DNA of 64,000 nt from assembly GCA_964016885.1 (NCBI GenBank), contig OZ024745.1:23870001-23934000 (forward strand). The letters run 5' to 3'. Of this stretch, positions 50,581-64,000 are shown piece by piece (within the stretch, counting starts at the first letter, position 1; each line of letters opens with the position of its first letter). The notes under the pieces are model-generated. The model made no database searches. It was not told the origin of the DNA and saw only the letters and a program-made list of their open reading frames with translations. The position numbers and the translations under genes were made by a program. The stretch comes from Eledone cirrhosa. Taxonomy: Eukaryota.

Positions 50581-52602
50581 TGTATATATATACACACATA
50601 TATATACATATATACATATATGTATATGTATATATGTATATGTATATATGTATATGTATATATGTATATATACATATATATACATATACATATATATATA
50701 TACATATATATATACATATATATATATGCATATATATATAAATATGTATATATATATGTAAATATATACATACATATATATATATGTGTAAATATAATTA
50801 CATATATATATATATATGTAATTATATACATATATATATATATATATTAGCGTTAATTCGATTCACTCGTTCATCCATTTTAATACTGCTGTGTGCAGAG
50901 AAATATATTTATAGTGGGTTATTTGATAGTAACAATAATTATAATGAAACTGTAGAACCGTATTTTATCTATATATTTCGTAATTATAAAAATAATAACA
51001 AAAAATTATAAAATTCCAATCATATATAATATGTATTTCGATTTTAGCTGGATCACTTCCGTATAATATCGAATTTAAGATTATTTACGAGAAAGAAGAT
51101 AGATGCTGTTTTTCAAAATGTAACCAACGTAAAGCAATGGATATACTCACAGAATCTTTTTTTTTTTTTTTTTATTGAATCTATTATAAGCACAGATGCA
51201 CACATACACAAAAATACAAACACTCACACATACACGCACACATACACAAACATACAAATACTCACATACACATATAAATACACATATATACATTCAGACA
51301 ATAAGAACGATATCTCAGCACTTCATTTTCCAAATATATCTGGAGCTTGAAAGATAATATTAAGAATTATATGGTCTTTTGTTCTCTTATAGAAGATGTA
51401 TCTGTTTAGATAAATACTTCCAGAAAACCCAATCTCTATCTCCCGTAGCATATCATTCTATTGAAACCTTTTGCAATTTCTAACAAAATTCGGAATCTGT
51501 AAATTCTTGAAAACCCTTCCAACTCTCTCTCCGGCTTCTAAATAACTAAAATATGTTATTTCCTACGTAATGGTTTTCACAACGCCAAATCTCCATCAAC
51601 AAGAGTTAGTTCCTTTACTTCTGGTAGTGATGAGATGGCAACATCAAGTATTTTGCATGTCGATGTACAGCAATATGTTTTCTGTACATGGCAATGATTA
51701 AATGAATATGTGTCACATTTTCTAACGTTTTACTCGGTAACCAATCAAATCTCGATCTACTATTGACTATTCATATTTCATTAGTCGTAAATATCCCCGT
51801 CTGACATTCTTAACATGATGTAAAGAGCAATTCATAAAAAATTCATCCAACATCTTTCAATATATTTTAGACAGATTTGATAAAATCTAAAAATTTCAAA
51901 TACACCAATGTCTCTTCGGGCAAAACCAAAAATATGTACGAATCTAACTGATGCACATACCATCGAGACATTTCTACTAATATAACTACTACCATGTCAT
52001 TTACATTTAGAAGCAAAATAATTAGCATCCAACCTAAAATTAGATGATATACTAGAATCTCTAACGTTATATGAGACATACATTACATTTAAAGATCATA
52101 AATATGATCTTCCTCTCAAACTTAAATCCAAAAGATAGAAATATAGAGAGTCAACAAACTATTTTATGGAATAATATTTTATCAGTTATCAACTTGTTCA
52201 GTAACATATATAATATAATCATCTTTATAAATGTATACACTTCGATAAAGTGGAGTTCTAGCCATCTATAAGCAAACTCCTTCAGAATGCTTTGGACATT
52301 GGTAGAAGCTTTATTTCAATTAGGGATTTCAGCATTAGAATTATTATGTACGCAAGGAAATCCTTACTATTTTACAATAATTCATTTTAACCGTACTAAC
52401 GTACTTATGCTAAGAGTTATGTGGATTGAATATTAGAGAGTGAAGAATAATAACCATACAACGCATTATCAATAATGGAGTATCAAAGTATAAATATTAA
52501 GAAAAATATCTTCTTTCTGACGAATCGATTTGTCGAAACGTCAATGTTTTTGTCGTAATACGGTATTAATCATGACTGCAACATAATATGAGAGGAGTAG
52601 AG

Positions 52603-52674
<72 letters not shown>

Positions 52675-52677
52675 GAT

Positions 52678-52763
<86 letters not shown>

Positions 52764-53378
52764 TGTGTGTGTGTGTGTGTGATGTAATAGTTGGTTTTCA
52801 CATTTTACAAACATTTTAGGATTATCTTGCCCGCCTAAAATTTGATGACATCCATCTTTTCCATAAACTCTGGATCAGTTATAAGCAGAAGGATTTTTGT
52901 TGTTGTTCAGGTTCTCTGATGCCATTGCTACTTTCAATGTAATATTTTCTTGTTACTATTTAGTCTAACAACCAGAGCTCATGTTGCCACTCTTGTAGAT
53001 TCCGTTGCTACCATTGCAACCATTTTACTAGAAGCAATACTTTTGTTATCTTCACATTAGCACCGTAGGTGAGAAAAATATACGTAGTCGATAGTTTGTT
53101 ACGCGTTTCCAGCAGAATTGTTTCAACTATTTTCTGCCTTCTCCGCCATTACCAACTTTCGGTAATGCCAGAGAGTGAAAATAAATTATATAAAAAAAAA
53201 AAAGACCCAGCACTAAATCGTTATTTATGGTAACATAAAATTCCTATAAATTTTTGCTTTCTACCTTAATTCCCCACAAAAGCACAAAAATTCAAATTTT
53301 TGTTATTTTATCATTATATTGTTTTTTTTAGCTGTCTTCTTCTTACTGTTATTATTGTTGCTCATATTTTTGTTGTTA

Positions 53379-53431
<53 letters not shown>

Positions 53432-53477
53432 GCCAAAGAGCACGGAGCTTGAAATGATGGCTCCGCATTATTTGATT

Positions 53478-53523
<46 letters not shown>

Positions 53524-53757
53524 GCAACAACAACAACAACAACAACAACAACAGCAACAAAAACAACTACACCAATAAAAAAACCCAATAAATATATATA
53601 ATATTCCTCAGATTTTTTCATTCATTCATTCATTTTTTTCTTTATTTTCCTTCAGTTTCTTATATCTTAATTTTCTGCCAAAATTTCTCTTGTACTTTTT
53701 CCTTTATTTTATATATTCTGTACTTATTGTTATTATTTATATTATTAGCATTATTAC

Positions 53758-53824
<67 letters not shown>

Positions 53825-53988
53825 GTTGTTATTTTGCTTTCGCTTTTCCGTTCCGTTCCGTTCCGTTCCGCTTTTATACCTGCATTATTTTCATTTTCTT
53901 CCTCCTTCCTTTTTTTCTTTCTTTCTCTTTTCCATTTCGTTCCCCATTCATGCCTATATCATCATTTCATTTTCCTACAACTTTTCCG

Positions 53989-54097
<109 letters not shown>

Positions 54098-54110
54098 CAT
54101 CCATCCATCC

Positions 54111-54183
<73 letters not shown>

Positions 54184-54283
54184 CCTATCTATCTATCTAT
54201 CTATCTATCTAACTATCTATCTATCTAGCTATCTATATATCTATTTCTTACCGTCATTCAATATATGTGTGCGTGTGCGTATG

Positions 54284-54349
<66 letters not shown>

Positions 54350-54622
54350 GAAAAATTGAACAGGGACAGAACAGAGAGGCAGTACGATAAATGTTTATAT
54401 ATATATATATATATACATACACACACACATATATATATATATGTATATATATATATGTATATATGTATATATATGTACATATGTATATATATTATATATA
54501 TATATATATATTATATATATCTGTATATCTGTCTGTTTGTATCATACACACATATATATAATAATCATTAACCCTTACTGTGAAAGCTCACTTTGTTTTT
54601 AATATATATGTATACACACCCA

Positions 54623-54659
<37 letters not shown>

Positions 54660-54791
54660 CATACATACATACATACATACATACATACATACATACATAC
54701 ATACATACATACATACATACATACATACATACATACATACATACATGTGTGAGAGGGAGAGGCCAAGAGAAACAGACATTATATATATATA

Positions 54792-54980
54792 GGCAGTGGA
54801 TTGGCAGTATTGGTAAAGGGTCAGACGCCATGCTTTGCAGCATAGAGTTACGGCCATTGCCATTCTGAGTACAAATCCCACCGACGTTAACTTTGCCTTT
54901 CATCCTTACGGGGTTGATGAAATAAAGTTCCAGTAATACACTGATAATTGCTGGCCTTGTGCCAAAAGTAGAAACAATTA
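54792..54980 (+). mobile_element. SINE family B
   Basis: Homologous to 46624-46813 and 63797-63973. Confidence 0.85.
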
Positions 54981-55003
54981 TATATAGAGTATCTATCTTT
55001 CTA

Positions 55004-55086
<83 letters not shown>

Positions 55087-55248
55087 ATATATATATATAT
55101 AACAAAGGAAGTGTGGTAAGGAACCAGATGGACCATAACGCACCAGAGTACTCAATACTTAGGGTAGTAGAGTGGGAAATAAGAAAAAATATGACCCCGA
55201 CGGCAGAGCTCAAACCGTTTCGACGGCTTGATCGTCGGGGTCATACTT

Positions 55249-55296
<48 letters not shown>

Positions 55297-55298
55297 TA

Positions 55299-55344
<46 letters not shown>

Positions 55345-55352
55345 TATATATA

Positions 55353-55455
<103 letters not shown>

Positions 55456-55464
55456 TATATATAT

Positions 55465-55518
<54 letters not shown>

Positions 55519-55530
55519 TATATATATATA

Positions 55531-55570
<40 letters not shown>

Positions 55571-55572
55571 TA

Positions 55573-55611
<39 letters not shown>

Positions 55612-56548
55612 GAACAAGTAAGACCCCGGGGTCTTACTTGTTCCTATTACCCACTCTACTACCCTAAGTATTGAGTACTTTGGTGCGTTATGGTCCACCT
55701 GGTTCCTTACCACATTTCCTTCGTTATATATATTATATATATATTATATATATATATATATACTATATATATATAAGGTCATTCTACATCTATGTATCGC
55801 TCTCTCTATCTCTCCCCCTCTCTCCCTCTATTGTTCATCTTTAGTTCCAATTTCCCTCTTCATTCTTTCTTCTCTTCTTTTTCACATAGTGTTTTCCTTC
55901 CTTCTTTCTATCTATTTTCTTTCCGTTGATTACCTACCTTCTCTTCCTTGTCTTCTTCATCTCATTCTTCCACTGTTTTTCCTCCTCTTTTTTCCCCCCA
56001 CATTCTCTCTACATTTCCTAACTCTCCCCCCCCCCCTCCCCAACTCCACCCTCTCTAACTCTCTCTTTTCCTACCGCTTCAGTTACTCTCTCTCTAATTA
56101 ATACCATACACACACACACACACACACACATACACACATACACACACACACAGAGGCACAAACACACACAGACACAAACACACACGAACAGAAACACACA
56201 CACACAGACACAAACACACACGGACACACACACAGATATATACACACAAATGACCTCCGCACTTCTATTCTCCTCACATCACCATCTCTCCTCCTTCCCC
56301 CCCCCCACTCCCCCCACACCCCTCCTTCCCCTCTCTTTATCCTTCTACTCGAAGTAACCTCCTACCACAAGGGCAGTCGCCAACCGATTTGCTTTCACCT
56401 ACCCTAACCGTATATACATACATACCCCCATATTCCAATTAAGAGCCAAAACCCCAACCAGAAGTAGCCCCCTCCACTCACACAAAGACGGTTCCGCTTC
56501 TAGACTCACACACAGAGACACATACATAAACACATACATACATAAACT

Positions 56549-56588
<40 letters not shown>

Positions 56589-56625
56589 AACAGATATATG
56601 TAAATGTGTCTGAATATGTATATAG

Positions 56626-56660
<35 letters not shown>

Positions 56661-57409
56661 ATGTGTGTGTGTAAATACATATGTATATATACATAAATAT
56701 ATTTATATATGTACATATCTATATCTATATATTATATATATATGCATATATGCAAAGAAAGTGTGGTAATGAACTACATACACACACACACACATATATA
56801 TATATATGTATTTATACGTATATCTATATCTGTATATATGTATATACGTACATAAATGTATATATATATACACATACATACATATATATACAAACATATA
56901 TATATATACATACATATTTATATATATATATATATATATGTATGTTTATATATATATATGTGTGTGTATTTATATATATATATATATATACATACATATT
57001 TATATATTTATTTATATATATATATATATGTGTGTGTATTTATATATATATATATACATACATACATATTTATATATTTATTTATATATATATATATGTA
57101 CCGTTTCTATCTCAGCAGTTTTGTCCTCCTGTCACCTCTAACCCTTCTACCCACCTTCTCCTCCTCCTCCTCCATATTCCTCACCCCCACCCCACACATT
57201 TGTTCTACTTATTATATCTATGTATCCTTTGTTTGTTTTATATATTCTTTATTTCATTATTATTAGTTTTTTGTTTATATATTTATTTCCGATGATCCGC
57301 TGGGATTTTCTCTCTCAATTCACACGGGTTATTCACGTTCAGTGAGTTTGGAACCCACCGTTAGCCGCCACTCCCCATCATTAATACGACCATCTCCACA
57401 CCACCGACC

Positions 57410-58630
57410 AAAACACCCTCCACCACTTTAAACTACAACCTCCACACCACCCTCCAACCTTACTTCCACCACTTTAGACCACAACCTCCACCCCACGCAC
57501 CACCCCGCCCTCTAACCACTTTAGACTACACTCCCCACACCTTACCTCCACCACTTTAGACTACAACCTTCACCCCACCCCCTCCTTACCTCCACCACTT
57601 CAAACTACACCCTCCACCTCACATCCAACCTTACCTCCACCACTTTATACTACACCCTCCACCCTACTCCCTCCTTACCTCCACCACTTTAGACTACAAC
57701 CTCCACCCCACCTCCAACCTTACCTCCACCACTTTAGACTACAACCTCCACCCCACCTCCAACCTTACCTCCACTACTTTAGACTACACCCTTTACTCCA
57801 CCTCCAACCTTACCTCCACCACTTTAGACTACACCCTTTACTCCACCTCCAACCTTACCTCCACCACTTTAGACTACACCCTCCACTCCACCTCCAACCT
57901 TAGGTCCAACCTTACCTCCACCATTTACACTACAACCTCCACTCAACCTCCAACCTTAGCTCCAACCCTACCTCCACCACTTTACACTACAACCTCCACT
58001 CAACCTCCAACCTTACCACCACCACTTTAGACTACACCCTCCACTCCACCTCCAACCTTAGCTCCAACCTTACATCCACCATTTACACTACAACCTCCAC
58101 TCAACCTCCAACCTTACCTCCACCACTTTAGACTACAACCTCCACTCCACACTCCAATCTTACCTCCACCATTTACACTACAACCTCCAACCTTACCTCC
58201 AACCCTACCTCCACCACTTTAGACTACAACCTCCACTCCACACTCCAATCTTACCTCCACTACTTTAGACTACACCCTCCACTCAACCTCCAACCTTACC
58301 TCCACCACTTTAGACTACAACCTCCACTCCACACTCCAACCTTACCTCCACCACTTTAGACTACAACCTCCACTCCACCTCCAACCTTACCTCCACCACT
58401 TTAGACTACAACCTCCACTCCACCTCCAACCTTACCTCCACCACTTTAGACTACACCCTCCACTCAACCTCCACCACTTTAGACTACACCCTCCACTCCA
58501 CCTCCAACCTTACCTCCACCACTTTAGACTACACCCTCCACTCCACACTACAACCTTACCTCCACCACTTTAGACTACAACCTCCACTCCACACTCCAAC
58601 CTTACCTCCACCACTTTAGACTACCTCCAC
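57410..58630. repeat. ~45-bp minisatellite (CTTACCTCCACCACTTTAGACTACAACCTCCACTCCACCTCCAAC), ~25 degenerate copies
   Basis: Direct inspection; unit lengths vary. Confidence 0.9.
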
Positions 58631-58879
58631 CCCACCATCCTTACCACCATCACTATTCTGTAACCATCACCAACGTGACTTAAACTATCATAGAAACCTG
58701 CCAACATCGTTACAGCCATCACTATTGCATTTATCATCATCATCATCATCAGTGATGTCAATACGTGGTCTTCTGATCTCCTAGAAATAACAGCCGTGCT
58801 ATATTTACTATTGGAAAATAAAGAAAGAACACTTTGGAGAATAGAGTCTGGGTGGGACAGGTTGTCAGAAATATACCTC

Positions 58880-59683
58880 AGACCTTCCACACAACTACTG
58901 CCACCAACACCACTACTACTGCCACCAACATCACTTCTACTGCCACCAACATCACTGCCACCAACACCACTGCCACCAACACCACTGCTACCACCACCAC
59001 TGCCACCACCATCATTGCCACCACCATCACTGCCTCCACCAGCACTACCACCACTGCCACCACCACCACCACTGCCAACACCATCACTGCCACCAACACT
59101 ACTGCCACCACCATCACTGCCACCACCACCACTGCCACCACTTCCACCACCACCACTGCCATCACCATCACTGCCTCCACCACCACCACCACTGCCACCA
59201 CCACCACTGCCACCACCATCACTGCCACCACCATCATTGCCACCACCACCACTGCCACCACCATCACTGCCTCCACCACCACTTCCACCACCAGCACTGC
59301 CACCACCAGCACTACCACCACTGCCACCACCACCACCACCACCACCACCAGCACTGCCACCATCATCACTGCCACCACCACCACTGCTACCACCACCACT
59401 GCCACCACCACCACTGCCACCACCATCACTGCCTCCACCACCACCACCACCACCACTGCCACCCCCATCACTGTCTCCACCACCACCACCACCACCACTG
59501 CCACTCCCATCACTGCCTCCACCACCAGCACCACCACCACTGCCACCCCCACCACCACTGCCTCCACCACCACCACCACCACCACCAGCAACAGCAACAA
59601 CAACAGCAATAGACAGAGACGCCGTTGTCACCTCCATTATCATATCAACACTAATAATAGCCGGAATCGTTATGACTGTCGCC

Positions 59684-59719
<36 letters not shown>

Positions 59720-62700
59720 CCAACAATAACAACAATGACTACGACAGCTGCAACAACAGCAATAACAATAACCAGAGCAGCCATTGCCGCTGCTACCCCC
59801 CCCCCCCCCCTCCGCCATCACATCACCAATAATAACAACAACAATAACAGCGGGAGACGCTACCACCACTACCACCACCTAAACAATAATAACAACACTG
59901 TCAACAACAACAACTCCAACAACAACAACACCAACAACCCCAACAACAACAACACTGTCAACAACAACAACAACAACCCCACCAACAACAACAACACTGT
60001 CAACAACAACCCCAACAACAACAACCCCAACAACAACACTGTCAACAACAACAACAACCCCAACAGCGCCAATAACAACAACACCAACAATAACAACAAC
60101 AACGCCAATAACAACGACAACAACAACGCCACCACCACCACTACCAATAACAACAACAACGCCAATAACACCAACACCACCACCACCAATAACAACAACA
60201 ACGACAACAACAACACCATCACCATCACCAATAACAACAACAACGACAAGAACAACACCACCACCAATAACAACAACAACACCACCACCAGCAATAACAA
60301 CAACAACGCCACCACCACCAATAACAACAACAACGCCACCACCACCAATAACAACAACAACGCCACCACCACCAATAACAACAACACCACCACCACCACC
60401 AATAACAGCAACAACACCACCACCACCAATAACAACAACAACGCCACCACCACCAATAACAACAACGCCAATAACAACACCACCACCAGCAATAACAACA
60501 ACAACACCACCACCAACACCAATAACAACGCCAACAATAACAACTCCAACAACAACGCCAACAACAACAACGCCAACAACGCCAACAACAACGCCAAATA
60601 TAACACCGTTGCCAATGACAACAACAGCTGGAGCCGGAAGCTAGGAATTAGCAGTAATAACGTCTGGTTTCACAATGTCAATATAGACGGAAAGAATGTC
60701 AGAGAGGGCAATGTTACAATGGTGGTGGTGGTGGAGTGGTGGTGGTGGTGTGGTGTTGTTGGTGGTGGTGGTGTGGTGGTGGTGGTGGTGGTGGTGGTGT
60801 GGTTCTGATGGTGTGGTGGTGGTGGTGGAAGTGGTGGTGGTGGTGGTGGTGGTGGTGGTGGTGGTGGTGTTGGTGGTGGTGTGGTGGTGGTGCTGGTGGT
60901 GTGGTTCTGATGGTGTGGTGGTGGTGGTGGAAGTGGTGGTGGTGGTGGTGGTGGTGGTGGTGGTGGTGGTGGTGGTGGTGGTGGTGTGGTGGTGGTGCTG
61001 GTGGTGCTGGTGGTGGTGGTGTGGTTCTGATGGTGTGGTGGTGGTGGTGGTGGTGGTGGAAGTGGTGGTGGTGGTGGTGGTGTGGTGGTGGTGGTGGAAG
61101 TGGTGGTGGTGGTGGTGGTGGTGCTGGTGGTGGTGGTGTGGTTGTGATGGTGTGGTGGTGGTGGTGGTGTGGTGGTGGTGGTGGTGGTGGTGTTGTTGTT
61201 GGTGATGGTGGTGGTGGTGGTGGTGGTGGTGGTGGTGGTGGTTGGGGTGGTGGTGTTGGTGGTAGTGGTGGCGTTGGTGGTGGTGGTGGTGGTGGTTGGG
61301 GTGGTGGTTGGGGTGGTGGTGTTGGTGGTGGCGTTGGTAGTGTTGGTGGTGGTGTTGGTGGTGGTGGTAGTTGGGGTGATGGTGATGGTGGTGCGAGTGT
61401 GAGTGTGGATGCGGGTGGTGGTGGTTGTGATGGTGTAGGGAAAGAAGTGGTTGAGGTGGAGATGATGGTGCGCGTGTTGGTGTTGGTGGTGGTTGTGCGG
61501 TTGTTGTTGTTGATGATGGTGGTAGTGGTGGTGGTGGTGATGGTGATAGTGGGGGAGAAACGGGGCTGTGGTGGTGATGGTGGTGGTAGTAGTGAAGAGT
61601 TCAAGGGCGTGTAACTCTGACGGCGGCTATATTAGTGTGGAGAATTGTCGCCAGACGATGGATTTGCCTGGAAGTAACTATGCCGCCATTTTCAGTGGTG
61701 GTGGTGTTGGTGGTGTTGGTGGTGTTGGTGGTGTTGGTGGTGTTGGTGGTGGTGGTGGTAGTGGTGGTGTTGGTGGTGTTGGTGGTGTTGGTGGTGTTGG
61801 TGGTGTTGGTGGTGTTGGTGGTGTTGGTGGTGGTGGTGGTAGTGGTGGTGTTGGTGGTGTTGGTGGTGTTGGTGGTGTTGGTGGTGTTGGTGGTGTTGGT
61901 GGTGTTGGTGGTGTTGGTGGTGGTGGTGGTAGTGGTGGTGTTGGTGGTGGTGGTAGTGTTGATGATAGTGGTAGTGGTGGTGATAGTGGTGTAGTGGTGG
62001 TGATGGTGGTGGTGGTGGTGGTGGTAGTGGTGGTGGTGGTGTTGGTGGTGGTAGTGGTAGTGGTGGTGGTAGTGGTGTAGTGGTGGTAGTGGTGTAGTGG
62101 TCGTGATGGTCGTGGTGGTGGTGGTGGTGGTACTGGTGGTGGTGTATTGTTGGTGTTGTTGCTGGTGGTGTGGTGGTGGTGGTGGCGGTGGTTGGTGGTG
62201 GTAATGGTGGTGGTAGTGGTGTAGTGATGGTGATGGTGGTGGTGGTGATGGAGTTGGAAGTAAGAGACGTCGTGTTGATTTGGTGTTGGTCGGGGTTTGC
62301 TGTTGGTTTAGGAATTGTTGCTTGTATTGTTGTTGCTGGTGGTGTTGGTGGTGGTAGTGGTATTGGTGGCGGTGCTGACTGGATAGTTTAGTGCCTGGGG
62401 TTGTAACTTTGACGCTATTTACTATCTGATAGTGATGGTGGTGGTGGCGTTGGTGGTGACTTAATGGTGAGAGTAATGGTGACGGCGGTGGAGGCCAAGA
62501 TAAATGCGGTGGTTTTGGTAGTGGTAAATATACGCCGCCTTTTAGTGGTAATGGTTGTGGTGGTGGTAGTGATGGTGGTGGGTGGTTGTGGTGGTGTTGT
62601 TGGTGGTGGTGGTGTAGGGGCTCGCGGCAGCAGTGGTGGTGATCTGGGGCAAGTGAGGATTAATGTGGGATTTACTATGACTCTGCTTGTGGATGGTGAT

Positions 62701-63700
62701 GGTGATGGTGGTGGTGGTGGTGGATATGAAGGTGGTGTTGATGGCGGTTGTGTTGGTGGCGGCGGTTGAGGTAGTGATGTAGATGAAGGTGGTGTTGTTG
62801 GTGGTGGTGGTGGTATTGGTGGTCGTGGTAGTGATGGTAGTGGTGGTGGTCGTATTGGTGATGGTGGTGCTGGAGTTGAAGTTGGTGTTGCTGGTGGTTG
62901 TAGTTGTAGTGGTGGTTGTGGTGGTGGTCGTGGTAGTGATGGTGGTGGTGGTGTTGGTGATGGTGTTTGTAGTATGATAGTAGTGGTTGGGGTGGTAGTG
63001 GTGGTGGTGGTAATGGTGATAATGGTGGTAGTTGTGTTGGTGGTGGTGGTAGTGGTGGTGGTCGTAGTTGTGTTGGTAGTGATGGTAGTAGTTGTATTGG
63101 TGGTGGTAGTTGTGTTGGTGGTGGTGGTAGTAGTTGTATTGGTGGTGATGGTAGTAGTTGTATTGGTGGTAGTGGTGGTGGAGGTGGTAGTTGTGTTGGT
63201 GGTGGTGGTAGTTGTATTGGTGGTAGTGGTGGTGGTGGTGGTGGTAATTGTGTTGGTGGTGGTGGTAGCGGTAGTTGTGTTGGTGGTGGTTGTGTTGGTG
63301 GTTGTGTTGGTGGTGGTGGTGTTAATTGTGTTGGTGGTGGTGGTGGTAGTTGTGTTGGTGGTGATGGTAGTAGTTGTATTGGTGGTGGTGGTGGCGGTGG
63401 CGGTAGTTGTGTTGGTGGTGGTGGTGGTAGTTGTATTGGTGGTAGTGGTGGTGATGGTGGTAATTGTGTTGGTGGTGGTGGTAGCGGTAGTTGTGTTGGT
63501 GGTGGTTGTGTTGGTGGTTGTGTTGGTGGTGGTGGTGTTAATTGTGTTGGTGGTGGTGGTGGTAGTTGTGTTGGTGGTGATGGTAGTAGTTGTATTGGTG
63601 GTGGTGGTGGTGGTGGTGGCGGTAGTTGTGTTGGTGGTGGTGGTAATAATGGGAATGGTGTTGGTAGGGATGATGATAGTGTGGCTTGGGTAATGATGGT
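58880..63700. repeat. Degenerate trinucleotide low-complexity tract (ACC/AAC, then GGT)
   Basis: Direct inspection; similar tracts at ~21780-22560, 25225-26610, 46000-47200 and 49410-50320. Confidence 0.9.
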
Positions 63701-63796
63701 GGTGGTGGTGGTGTTTGGTTGTCGCTAGCTGTGGTGTTAGTAATGGTAATGGTGCTGCTGGCAGAGACGTAAGACCATTATTCTTTCGGTGGAACA

Positions 63797-63973
63797 GGGC
63801 AGCGGATTGGCAGTATCGGTAGAGGGTCGGACGTCATACATTGCAGCATAGACTTACGGCCCTTTATGATCTGAGTTCAAATCCCACCGAGGTTAACTTT
63901 GCCTTTCATCTTTACGGGGTCGATAAAATAAAGTACTGGGATAATTGCTGGCCTTGTGCCAAAAGTAGAAACA
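63797..63973 (+). mobile_element. SINE family B with 20-bp TSD
   Basis: ATTATTCTTTCGGTGGAACA at 63777-63796 and 63974-63993; tRNA-like A and B boxes. Confidence 0.9.
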
Positions 63974-64000
63974 ATTATTCTTTCGGTGGAACATGGCGGT

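Noticed and set aside
52514-52545. CTGACGA..GAAACGTC hammerhead-like string
   Set aside because: Stems I and II are at most 2 bp; compatible with chance.
58796-60808. 670-aa Pro/Asn-rich ORF (formin/extensin-like look)
   Set aside because: Degenerate trinucleotide tract that is open in several frames and on both strands; no recognisable domain or ATG start.

Overview
Eukaryotic (animal) genomic DNA dominated by microsatellites ((TA)n, (CA)n, (CATA)n, (GGT)n, (CAT)n). The tRNA-derived SINE families suggest an octopod cephalopod (inference). Most of the supplied ORF track is repeat artefact, and no host gene is confidently identifiable. Real coding content is retroelement-derived: one apparently intact R4/Dong-like RLE non-LTR retrotransposon (1169 aa) inserted in (CATA)n, plus decayed Penelope-like (PLE), CR1-group, CRE, RTE and Helitron fragments. 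The strongest unannotated signal is a dense, diverse set of type I hammerhead ribozyme (HHR) motifs: about a dozen complete motifs from roughly eight unrelated sequence families, plus decayed ones. They sit in short non-coding elements embedded in (TA)n tracts, arranged as fold-back inverted pairs, terminally redundant units (318 bp) and circularly permuted monomers (about 485 bp). This fits retrozyme-like circular RNAs mobilised by PLE reverse transcriptase. All ribozyme calls come from manual base-pairing; none has been computed or tested.
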